This document shows, one piece after another, positions 8,498 to 16,457 of a stretch of 64,000 nt of DNA. The notes under the pieces are model-generated. The model worked only from the letters and a program-made list of their open reading frames with translations. It was not told the DNA's origin and ran no database searches. Each line of letters starts with the position of its first letter. Positions within the stretch are counted from its first letter, which is position 1. A program made the position numbers and the translations under genes. The stretch is from a virus: positions 20,862 through 84,861 of IMG/VR virus record IMGVR_UViG_3300033153_005382, one strand, 5' to 3'.

Positions 8498-8749
8498 CTA
8501 TCGAGACCGAGACCAAGACCGAGACCAAGACCGAGACCAAGACCGAGACCTAGACCGAGACCAAGACCAAGACCAAGACTGAGACCCAAACCAAGACCAA
8601 GACCAAGACCGAGACTGAGACCAAGACTGAGACCTAGACCGAGACCGAGACCTAGACCGAGACCAAGACCGAGACTGACACCAAGACCGAGACCTAGACC
8701 AAAACCAAAACCGAGACTGAGACCAGGATCCTTCAAATAGGCATCTCAT
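8498..8749 (-). CDS. Ser-Xaa repeat minigene, unit 1 (83 aa)
   Basis: MRCLFEGSWSQSRFWFWSRSRSW...SWSRSR*, with its own RBS. Confidence 0.6.
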   Translation of the reverse strand: MRCLFEGSWSQSRFWFWSRSRSWCQSRSWSRSRSRSRSRSQSWSQSRSWSWSWFGSQSWSWSWSRSRSRSWSRSWSRSWSRSR

Positions 8750-8794
8750 CCTAATCTCCTATCGAAACCGAAACCCAGACCGAGACCGAATACA

Positions 8795-9130
8795 TCACTT
8801 CTGCACTCTCGGCAGGTCATGGTCCCATAGGGTCGCATCAGTGATACACCCCCGAGAAATGATGACATCGTTAACAAATGGCTCGACTTCATTGAAGTCA
8901 CCAGTCCGCAGAGCATCGGAAAACCTCCCCGTGTCTGCAATCCAAGCGGTATCACTCAACACAATATCCGTATCCGTGATAGCTTTCACACGTCCGGTGT
9001 AATACATTGTCACCGTTCGGATTAGATAGCATTTCCCAATCTCAAATGAATGGGACATCCCTTCTCGCAACAGCGACTCTCCTTGCAATTCCCGAACCAG
9101 CATAACTACATCTTTCAATTCGATTGACAT
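8795..9130 (-). CDS. Small beta-rich protein, possible Sm/LSm-like fold, heading the repeat array
   Basis: FEIGKCYLIRTVTMYYTGRVKAITDTDIVLSDTAWI loosely fits the Sm1 pattern (GK.V.V....y.G.L...D...vL.Da). AGGAG RBS present. Confidence 0.5.
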   Translation of the reverse strand: MSIELKDVVMLVRELQGESLLREGMSHSFEIGKCYLIRTVTMYYTGRVKAITDTDIVLSDTAWIADTGRFSDALRTGDFNEVEPFVNDVIISRGCITDATLWDHDLPRVQK

Positions 9131-9201
9131 TTTCTACTCTCCTGTTTGTGGTTTACTCGTTAAGAAACACTAACAGCTTGAAACGCACAACTTGCTAGAA
9201 A

Positions 9202-9693
9202 CTAACAATCCGTGTCTTGTCGCTCACTACCTTGATTCGATACAAAATGATACTCGGCCCAGCTATCCTCAGTCTCCAGAATACGCACCTTAGTAACGTC
9301 GCACCCGTCGGTTACTACCTGTGCCCCTACTAACAATTCATGTGCTTTCATGAACAACATCCGAGCCATATTCTCAGCGGTAGGCTTCAACGCACCGGTA
9401 TTGAACAACTTGAACATCGTATCGATCGGCCCTGGTATCTCTCCAATCTTTATCAATTCTTCAATATCCGAATTCGTCAGCAAACACGCATGGTCCCAAT
9501 GATCATCTATCCACTTGCCTACTGTCTCCGACAAAAGGACGAAATCAAGAACCATGCCCGTATCCTCTAACGTTGATCTCGTCACAGTCACTTCGGCTAC
9601 GTAACTGTGACCATGGACCTTTTCGCACTTGCCATTGTAATCCGGCAACCGATGCGCTGCCTCAAACCGAAACCGCTTCGTTACTGTAAACAC
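9202..9693 (-). CDS. queD: 6-carboxy-5,6,7,8-tetrahydropterin synthase
   Basis: FEAAHRL, CEKVHGHSY (CxxxHGH), GMVLDF, WDH, PTAENMA, ETEDSWA. Confidence 0.93.
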   Translation of the reverse strand: MFTVTKRFRFEAAHRLPDYNGKCEKVHGHSYVAEVTVTRSTLEDTGMVLDFVLLSETVGKWIDDHWDHACLLTNSDIEELIKIGEIPGPIDTMFKLFNTGALKPTAENMARMLFMKAHELLVGAQVVTDGCDVTKVRILETEDSWAEYHFVSNQGSERQDTDC

Positions 9694-9717
9694 AGCTGTT
9701 CTCCTGTACCGAGTTGA

Positions 9718-10383
9718 CTACTCCTTCGTGCCTATCAGCTCGATTCTTGATGTAGTTCCTTCTTTCGTTACCTTAGCATATCCGTGCTTTTTCCAATACC
9801 CGACATGTCCCGAAATCCGACTCCTCGACAACCCCGTCATCTCACACAACTCCTGAATTGTCTTCGGTCCGTCGGCTTTTACCATTGCTACGTTGATAGC
9901 AGCAGCCTCAGTTCCGAGACGATTCCCGAACTGATCCACCTCCGCTGCTTTCTTGGCCTTCTTTGCTTTGGCCTTCTTCTTTGACTTCTTAGTCTTGCCC
10001 TCAGCTTCGTCCTCGACAACGGGAGTTTCCTCCTTCTCGGGTTCGTCCTTCTCTGGTTCGTCCTTCTCTGGTTCGTCCTTCTCTGGTTCGTCCTTCTCTG
10101 GTTCGTCTTCCAGAGGATCTTCAGGTACGGAAGTTTCCTCCTTGGACTTGACCAACTCGAACTGTCCTTTCGACTCTCGCAACGACTTCAACAACTTGTT
10201 CAATCGATCTCGTTCATCTTTGTCTTCAACAATGTCCTCGTCGATCTCCAAATCCTTGTAATCGTCCTCCGAAGCCAAAGTCTTGAACTTACGCTCCATC
10301 CGTGCCCGATTCCACTTGCCCGCCGACTTGTACCCAATCCCAATACAAATCGCTACTGCATCACTCTTCGTAATCGTCAACAT
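9718..10383 (-). CDS. Protein with an acidic (DEPEK)n linker and a C-terminal winged-HTH-like domain
   Basis: 15-bp tandem repeat at ~10030-10108. TIQELCEMTGLSRSRISGHV resembles an HTH. Confidence 0.6.
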   Translation of the reverse strand: MLTITKSDAVAICIGIGYKSAGKWNRARMERKFKTLASEDDYKDLEIDEDIVEDKDERDRLNKLLKSLRESKGQFELVKSKEETSVPEDPLEDEPEKDEPEKDEPEKDEPEKDEPEKEETPVVEDEAEGKTKKSKKKAKAKKAKKAAEVDQFGNRLGTEAAAINVAMVKADGPKTIQELCEMTGLSRSRISGHVGYWKKHGYAKVTKEGTTSRIELIGTKE

Positions 10384-10461
10384 CTTCCACCTCTTTCGTT
10401 ACTACTGATTCGTGACAAAATCTGGATGACTTACTCATCCCTTACAAACTATTATAACCCT

Positions 10462-11886
10462 TCAATCGGATCTGGCCTGATTTTTCTTGACATTTTCAAA
10501 ACTTTTTATACATGGGTTGCCTATATCCAAACAACCTGCCGTGATGCACATCCAACGTTCTGAATACTTGCCGTCCCGTCGAACTACCCAATTCAATCCT
10601 GTCATACACTTCTTTTTGAACTCGTCTGATACGTTCAACCCTACCATTCCCGTTACATGAGCCAACTTTGTCTTACGTCCACTGAAATGCTTCCTTCCCA
10701 ACGTCCGTTGCTTGTTCGTGTAAGCAGCCGCATTGGACTGTGTTCCTGTTACTACTAATGCATGCAACTCCTGACTCATACGTCTCAACTCTTTCCACGT
10801 CTTGTCTGTCTGTTCCTTCTCGTCCAAGATGCCCCTCGGTGGTGCTAGAATATCAGCATAGTCAATCAACACAATGTCTGGCACCCACCCTTCCCGTTCC
10901 CATTCATCTATGATGGTCCTAATCCCGTACACACTCAGCGTATCGTTCGGATGACAGGACAGCCGAAACATATCCCTCTGCCAACACAACTTTCGAACAC
11001 GATTGTACACTTCCTTAACGGTCAGCCTCTCCTTTGCTTCCTTCTCCTCCCACTTGACATCTACTCCTCCTTCCTCAGTCATATACAACTCTTTCGGTAC
11101 AGTGAATTTCTTCGGTCTAATGGGACGCCTCGAGAATCTTTCGGCCATCCGAGACATAATCTGATCCCTCGACATGTCTCCTACTTCGAACATGGCAACC
11201 CGTTTCTTTGCTACTAACCCTCTGAACCCAACATCCATGATCCAGAACGACTTGAACGACTTGTCAGGGCCCATGAACCCAACGAAACAATCCCGTCCTA
11301 ACGTCTCTCCGAAAAACCTACCGACGATTCCAGGATAATACACTATCGGCTCTTGTCTAGCCACGTTCAACACTTCCCGCCACGTCTCGAAGTCCTCTGC
11401 CAGTTTGATGGTGGATCCTTGTCCCATCTCCACTTTGTTCAAGCCAATCATCCGTGTGTAGGCTTGCTCTACTTTTCCCCGATCCAAATCCATTTCAGCT
11501 TCTTCCCACTCCCGCCGCAACATCGTAGACGTGAAGAACTCCTTTGCTCTGTCGATTATGTAATCAGACGATACTCCTTCGTTGACTAACATAGTATCGT
11601 TGACACCCTCCAACACTCGTCCTACCAGATTCGCCCTATCCTCGGGCACTCCTTTCTGATCGGCCCAAGTATGAAACATGGCATTCATACGCTTCCCTGG
11701 AGCTTGTCCATACTTGTCTAGAAACTTCAGACACCAACGTGCTAGCAAGTTTGCTTCTTCACTCGGGAACAATCCTTCGGGTCTCCATTGGCTGGCTATC
11801 CGTGACAAAACAATGGTATCTGTAATCATCCCGCCAAGTATCAACTTCGCGTCTGTCGTTGATTTCTTTCTCACTCCCATGGTCAT
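10462..11886 (-). CDS. DnaB-like (SF4) replicative helicase
   Basis: Variant Walker A GPDKSFKS, EVGDMS, Walker B IVLIDYAD, TGTQSN. Confidence 0.8.
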   Translation of the reverse strand: MTMGVRKKSTTDAKLILGGMITDTIVLSRIASQWRPEGLFPSEEANLLARWCLKFLDKYGQAPGKRMNAMFHTWADQKGVPEDRANLVGRVLEGVNDTMLVNEGVSSDYIIDRAKEFFTSTMLRREWEEAEMDLDRGKVEQAYTRMIGLNKVEMGQGSTIKLAEDFETWREVLNVARQEPIVYYPGIVGRFFGETLGRDCFVGFMGPDKSFKSFWIMDVGFRGLVAKKRVAMFEVGDMSRDQIMSRMAERFSRRPIRPKKFTVPKELYMTEEGGVDVKWEEKEAKERLTVKEVYNRVRKLCWQRDMFRLSCHPNDTLSVYGIRTIIDEWEREGWVPDIVLIDYADILAPPRGILDEKEQTDKTWKELRRMSQELHALVVTGTQSNAAAYTNKQRTLGRKHFSGRKTKLAHVTGMVGLNVSDEFKKKCMTGLNWVVRRDGKYSERWMCITAGCLDIGNPCIKSFENVKKNQARSD

Positions 11887-11899
11887 TTCGTCCTTTGCC

Positions 11900-12910
11900 T
11901 CAAAACACCTCCGTGGGACTGACTAGTCCTATTTCGTATCCCAACGCTACTAACGCTGTATCCACGTCAGTCTGCGTGACTGGCTCACCGAAGGCCGACC
12001 AGCCCCTCTCCCCTAACCAATCTTCGACCTGTTCAGCCATACTCTTATTTGTATTACTCCTCCCCTCATCTTCGTCTCGACCTTGCTTGGCTTGTCTGAA
12101 CGCTTCCCAGTTCGTATACAAATCATCGGCCTTTCGTACCCTCGGCACGTATGTCTTTCCGTAATTCTTACCTAACCACTTCAACACCTGACTGATCTCG
12201 GTGGCTGGTACGTTTCTGTCCTTCCGTAAGTTTGACAGCACGATGGTCAGTCGATTCAATGACACTGGTCTCTTTCCATTCCTCGGTGCGACGATGTCTG
12301 CATCATGCTCGATCAGTATCGATCGTAACTCTGCTGCCCTTTGTCTGTCTCCCTCGGCGTTAGCTTTATCTAGTGGGGGAACCGAGGCGGCCGGAGGCCT
12401 GCCTCGCTTTCTTTTTCCTTTATTGTTATTATTTATATTGTTATTAATATGGAATACCGGATTTTCCGGAATTAGTTTACCGGGTTTTACGGAATTAGTA
12501 TCCCCGGATTCTACGGAATTAGAATCTGGGGTTTTACGGAATTGGCCTTCGACATTTTCCTTCTCTTCAAGCAGTATATCTACTAGCTTTTTGTCGTTCA
12601 ACTTGAAGTGTCTCTTCGGTGGCAATCCCTTTCTTTTCGACTTGACGAGTTTCAACTTCGTCAGTTCTCTCAAAACCCTTGTCTGTCTTTCCTGTGTCAA
12701 CTGTATCTCGTCTTCCATCTTTTTGATGGTACAGAAGAACCAACCTTCTTCGTCTGAACCAACTGCCTTCCGATGGTTCAGCAGATACTGCATGACTACT
12801 CCGAGGTCGAGACCTATTGCCTCGATCAGCTTGAACGATACAGGAAACCATCTCCCTGTGAATGACAGATCGGTCAAATCGCGATCGTTGACGGTTCGGG
12901 TGGCACACAT
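11900..12910 (-). CDS. Phage replication initiator-like protein (N-terminal wHTH)
   Basis: GWFFCTIKKMEDEIQLT...L..LKLVKSKRKGLPPKRHF wHTH-like region; internal iterons; Asn-rich linker; lies upstream of the helicase. Confidence 0.65.
   Translation of the reverse strand: MCATRTVNDRDLTDLSFTGRWFPVSFKLIEAIGLDLGVVMQYLLNHRKAVGSDEEGWFFCTIKKMEDEIQLTQERQTRVLRELTKLKLVKSKRKGLPPKRHFKLNDKKLVDILLEEKENVEGQFRKTPDSNSVESGDTNSVKPGKLIPENPVFHINNNINNNNKGKRKRGRPPAASVPPLDKANAEGDRQRAAELRSILIEHDADIVAPRNGKRPVSLNRLTIVLSNLRKDRNVPATEISQVLKWLGKNYGKTYVPRVRKADDLYTNWEAFRQAKQGRDEDEGRSNTNKSMAEQVEDWLGERGWSAFGEPVTQTDVDTALVALGYEIGLVSPTEVF
12410..12545. promoter_or_regulatory. Putative replication origin (four iterons plus an AT-rich tract) inside the initiator gene
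   Basis: Four ~19-bp repeats ending in CGGAATT(A/G)G at ~12457, 12480, 12504 and 12526, next to TATTGTTATTATTTATATTGTTATTAATAT. Confidence 0.65.
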
Positions 12911-12944
12911 ATCAGAGACTCCCTACTTTGTCGATAAGTCCATG

Positions 12945-12984
12945 AAAAACCCGGCCCCTTTTTTGGCACGGGGGCCGGGTTTGT
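12945..12984 (-). terminator. Intrinsic terminator-like hairpin
   Basis: Minus strand AAACCCGGCCCC-loop-GGGGCCGGGTTTTT. Confidence 0.6.
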
Positions 12985-13193
12985 TAGCAAGAGCAGAAAG
13001 CAAAGAAAGCAGAGTGCTCTTGATCGTCGATTTACTGAAACTTAATGTGAATGACACTTCCTGTCTCTACTTTTTTTCTTTCTGTTTCATCTTGCTAACG
13101 GAGCCTTCATCGTGTGCCGTCCGATTCGCGTCCAATGCAATAAGCTCTTCTTCTCCTCCTCTCCGTCCTATTATAGCCCCACACCTCAATGGG

Positions 13194-13568
13194 TCAATAA
13201 GGCTTTTGCTTCTTCAACCTCATCCTTGCCCTTTGCAAGAGAAACCATTGCTTCTCCTCCTCTGCATTCAGAAACGACGGTGGTTCTTTGGGCAATGACT
13301 TGCCTTCTGGCAACGTTCCTTGTATGCTTTCGGTTTTCATTTCCAACCATTTGATACAAGCACTTACGTTGCCTGATATGGCTGCTTGGTACATAGCTTC
13401 CTCTATGTTGTTCTTCTCGATATCGAGGACTTCTTTGGCCCACTCCGAGTCTTTCCTGAGCTCTAGACGAACTTCCCTTACGTCCATTCCTATGATCTCA
13501 GCAGCTTCTGTCCTTGTTGCTCCTCTTATGAGTTCTTCCGTGAACTGTTCACGTTCTTCTGGCGTCAT
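13194..13568 (-). CDS. HTH protein resembling a terminase small subunit
   Basis: GATRTEAAEIIGMD (HTH), RKDSEWAKEV, and AISGNVSACIKWL, a common TerS-like pattern. Confidence 0.45.
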   Translation of the reverse strand: MTPEEREQFTEELIRGATRTEAAEIIGMDVREVRLELRKDSEWAKEVLDIEKNNIEEAMYQAAISGNVSACIKWLEMKTESIQGTLPEGKSLPKEPPSFLNAEEEKQWFLLQRARMRLKKQKPY

Positions 13569-14209
13569 CTTTCTTCCTTTCTATCCACGACTGCTCCCCA
13601 ATAGATCATCCTACCACCCTTGGCTATGTAAAACTTGGTCCTAACGATCCTCAATTCCGCCTCTTCGCAGAACTTTTGAAACCAAGGCAACACGACTTTT
13701 CGCCAGTAGAAGTTCCTCAACTTTCTTCTCTCGACTAATGACAATCCTTTTACTTTCTCTCCCTCGGGTGTTCGGTAGTTTCCGTACCTTGTCAACGGTC
13801 CTAGCTGCCCATCAGTAAAGAACATCACTAATGGATATTCCTTAGTGGCTCCCCTCCAGAATGCATGGAAACTATCGTACGGGTAGGCCTGCGCATCGAA
13901 ATCAGCCACGGAGAAGCCTACACCTTGGTACTTGAAGAACGGCCATATGTCACAGTCGCCTGTCTGTGCGACTGCGTCTGGTAGACGTTCACGGAACACG
14001 TCTGTTTTCTTTTCGTCGATGTCTGCTGCGAATACGTCTCGTTCCTTGTACAGTGCTACAGCCGGATCGCCCTCACCGCAGAACGGGACATACACTGCCC
14101 CTTCTCCTGCCTTGGACAAGAGCATCTTCCGAAGTCCTATCTTTCGGTAAATCTCTGCACTTTGTTTCTTGCCCTTGTCAATCGATATTGTACTTTGTTT
14201 CAGTTTCAT
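13565..14209 (-). CDS. SAM-dependent methyltransferase-like protein (partner of DUF5131)
   Basis: YVPFCGEG (motif I), AADID, GDC, ADFDAQAYP. Confidence 0.55.
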   Translation of the reverse strand: MKLKQSTISIDKGKKQSAEIYRKIGLRKMLLSKAGEGAVYVPFCGEGDPAVALYKERDVFAADIDEKKTDVFRERLPDAVAQTGDCDIWPFFKYQGVGFSVADFDAQAYPYDSFHAFWRGATKEYPLVMFFTDGQLGPLTRYGNYRTPEGEKVKGLSLVERRKLRNFYWRKVVLPWFQKFCEEAELRIVRTKFYIAKGGRMIYWGAVVDRKEER

Positions 14210-14958
14210 TTCACTGTCGGAAACGCCTGGTATCGTTTACCATCTAGCTTGTCCCGCGTATTTGCTCGTCCATGGCCGGAGGCTTGCTTATAGAAAAACG
14301 CAACCTCTGCTTCCCTACATTGTGCCATGACATCTCGTGCCCATTGCGTGTCATCGGGTCTTCCGTCGCTTTCTCCTCCGTAAATCACCCAATCGATTCC
14401 GTCCAACACTCCATTGCTTAAATCCAATGGACCGATTGCAGGTTCGTAACTCACGAACCTACATACAGCGGGCATCTGTCTCAACACATCGATCCGTCCG
14501 ATACACTCCTGGGACTCAACCGTAACGCCCAACCAGACATTCCTCCATGGTCCGTATTTCGTATCGAACCACATGCCATCAGGCATCATCCTGCTCATGT
14601 TCTCCGGTCTCTTCGTTAGCAACTGGAATGTCAGAGCGTCACACTCCCAAATCAAATCCCACATATCTTGTCTCATGTCGTGCAACTCTGGTCGATCTTC
14701 GAATACGTCCATTAGCGACCCAATGAACACAAGCTGTGTCCTACCTTCCTTCTTCGCTTTTCGATTCCACTTCCTAACATTAGCCCATGTCGACTTGGTT
14801 CGCTGTCGTGTTTTGTCGTTGCCCCACAAGTCCAATCCCATTCGGTTCTTGGTTAACGTAACTGCGTAGCAATGCTTACAGCCTGGAGAGATCCTAGTAC
14901 ATCCCATCCATGGATTGAACGTGTTGTCGGTCCAACTGATACCTGTTCCTTCTCCCAT
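14206..14958 (-). CDS. DUF5131 (phage Gp37/Gp68, radical-SAM-like) protein
   Basis: TGISWTDNTFNPWMGCTRISPGCKHCYA, FQLLTKRPE, NVWLGVTVE, SYEP, WVIYGGES, FFYKQ. Confidence 0.9.
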   Translation of the reverse strand: MGEGTGISWTDNTFNPWMGCTRISPGCKHCYAVTLTKNRMGLDLWGNDKTRQRTKSTWANVRKWNRKAKKEGRTQLVFIGSLMDVFEDRPELHDMRQDMWDLIWECDALTFQLLTKRPENMSRMMPDGMWFDTKYGPWRNVWLGVTVESQECIGRIDVLRQMPAVCRFVSYEPAIGPLDLSNGVLDGIDWVIYGGESDGRPDDTQWARDVMAQCREAEVAFFYKQASGHGRANTRDKLDGKRYQAFPTVK

Positions 14959-14988
14959 CCTTAATCCTCCTTTGTCCTGAGATCAACA

Positions 14989-15870
14989 CTACTGACTAAG
15001 ATACCTAGCCCTCAACTCTGCAATCTCCTCCTGATCCGCTTCGGCGGGATCATCGCCTGTTTCCAAATCATACACTTCTGTAACTCCAGGAGCTACGAGC
15101 AGTCTAGAGAACAACTTGTCCGCTCTTCTCCTTGCTACTACTGATCGATCGAAACAAACGATCCGCCTCGGATAGGCGGATATTTCCTTCACCTGTGTAG
15201 GGCTAATCTCAAGACCGCTTATCGCTACGGCTCCCGGACCGGTTGCCCATACGTCCAACGGTCCTTCGTGGACAATAATCGTATGTCTTGCTAAATCCGC
15301 CCCATACAATATGTCTTTATGTGACAACACTTCCTGATTCTTAGCGGCCGACAGATACCTCGGTTGCTTGTCGCCGATTGCCCGTGTAGTCCAACTTACT
15401 GTTGTTCCATTGACAATTATCGGTATGAACAACCGCCAGCTATGAGTCTTGGCTTGTCCTATTCCTTGGACATCCCACCGTAACCTAATCTCCTGCGGAT
15501 CAAATCTCCTATTTTTCAGATACCGCAGATGGGCTTTTTCCAGATGACCTACCCCTTTGGGAATTATAACCCGGGATGGCCTTTCGACCTTTTGCTCATA
15601 GGCTAGCCTACCCTTAGTTAGCTGAAACACGATGTTTTTGACCCCTGCCCAGTTATTATGGGTCAACCTCATCAAAGCCTCACCTAACTTATGCTTTCCA
15701 CATCGCCAACACGTACAAAAACCATCCGCTTCGCGGATGCCTAGGTGCCACGCCGAAGAATAACACCATGGACATTGCACACCTACCCAACCGTATCGTA
15801 CATGCCTATGCGATCCTCCCTCCTTGTACTCGATCCTATGTTCGACAAGATATTCCGTCAATGCGCTCAT
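14989..15870 (-). CDS. DNA primase (Zn ribbon plus TOPRIM)
   Basis: CPWC...CWRC zinc ribbon; HEGPLD, CFD and DDPAE TOPRIM acidic motifs. Confidence 0.8.
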   Translation of the reverse strand: MSALTEYLVEHRIEYKEGGSHRHVRYGWVGVQCPWCYSSAWHLGIREADGFCTCWRCGKHKLGEALMRLTHNNWAGVKNIVFQLTKGRLAYEQKVERPSRVIIPKGVGHLEKAHLRYLKNRRFDPQEIRLRWDVQGIGQAKTHSWRLFIPIIVNGTTVSWTTRAIGDKQPRYLSAAKNQEVLSHKDILYGADLARHTIIVHEGPLDVWATGPGAVAISGLEISPTQVKEISAYPRRIVCFDRSVVARRRADKLFSRLLVAPGVTEVYDLETGDDPAEADQEEIAELRARYLSQ

Positions 15871-15890
15871 CTAGCACCTATTGACTTAAA

Positions 15891-16091
15891 ACAGCCCTGC
15901 CGGGAGTCGAACCCGGAACGATCCTAGCCAGCTAAGCACGGCTCATACGAGCATTCATCGTGACTGGCGCCTTTGTATGTTTTTTTTCAGATCGCGTCTT
16001 GTGTCTCATCGGTCATTTTGTTCTAGCTGGCCTACCGAGAATCTCCAGCTACTACCTTCGCAATGCGTATACCAATTTCGCTACAGAGCTG
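15891..16091 (-). ncRNA. tRNA-shaped RNA of ~200 nt (acceptor stem, D arm and T arm enclosing a large insert)
   Basis: 5' CAGCTCTG pairs with 3' CAGGGCTG. D arm GCG-AAATTGGTATA-CGC; T arm CCGGG-TTCGACT-CCCGG. About 140 nt replace the anticodon and variable arms; no encoded CCA. Confidence 0.6.
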
Positions 16092-16130
16092 CCTTGTGTA
16101 TTCTAGCGGTGGACAGCTTTCTCATGGTGG

Positions 16131-16457
16131 TCATACACTGCCTCGCCTGACCTGGCTAGTAACAGTTGCTTCAACGTTGCCTGTCCTTGTAGGATCAGGA
16201 CAACTCCACATTCCCCTAAGGGGACATTTCTGTTCTACACCGCCTAATACACAAACCTCGATTGCGACGCCGTCGAGGGTGGCCGGATCGTCGAATTCGA
16301 GCCATGCTCGGTTACCTCGAATCGGTTTGCCGTTCGTTGTCATTTCGATGCTAGAACCGGCAAAATACAATCGCTGGCCGAATCCGCACCATTTACTGTC
16401 AAATCCAGCCTCTGCGAGTCACTCAACGAGTTCGTTTTGTAGTTCGATCGTTTCCAT
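16131..16457 (-). pseudogene. Gene with a premature in-frame TGA (likely pseudogene)
   Basis: RBS GGAG and ATG at 16457 give METIELQNELVE*LAEAGFDSKW..., in frame with the 16131..16370 ORF. The TGA is at 16419-16421. Confidence 0.5.

Larger units (their letters stand above)
7856..8790 (-). repeat. Tandem array: conserved ~40-bp junctions separated by variable-length TCT-NNG hexamer tracts
   Basis: Plus-strand junction GGATCCTTCAAATAGGTATCTCATCCT(T/A)ATCTCCTATCGA starts at 7970, 8294, 8465 and 8726 (variant), with a diverged copy at ~8075-8113. Between junctions are runs of GAGACC/AAGACC/GAGACT/CAGACC/TAGACC. Confidence 0.95.

Noticed and set aside
6837-8736. Alternative-frame (Gly-Leu)n ORFs and plus-strand (Arg-Pro)n ORFs over the array
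   Set aside because: These are by-products of the hexamer repeat. The S-X frame has ATG starts with a properly spaced AGGAG, whereas the GL frames start at TTG without one.
7856-8790. CRISPR array interpretation of the repeat/spacer structure
   Set aside because: The spacers are low-complexity hexamer tracts of very unequal length, the repeat encodes stop-RBS-start, and there are no cas genes in the window.
10030-10108. 15-bp tandem repeat as a regulatory array
   Set aside because: It is in frame and encodes a (DEPEK)n linker, an ordinary coding VNTR.
15891-16091. Standard tRNA or tmRNA call
   Set aside because: No anticodon arm is identifiable. The D stem and short length argue against tmRNA, so it is reported only as tRNA-like.
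16419-16421. Possible genome-wide TGA recoding, suggested by an in-frame TGA
   Set aside because: Many genes end in TGA with ATGA overlaps, and long genes are intact in the standard code.
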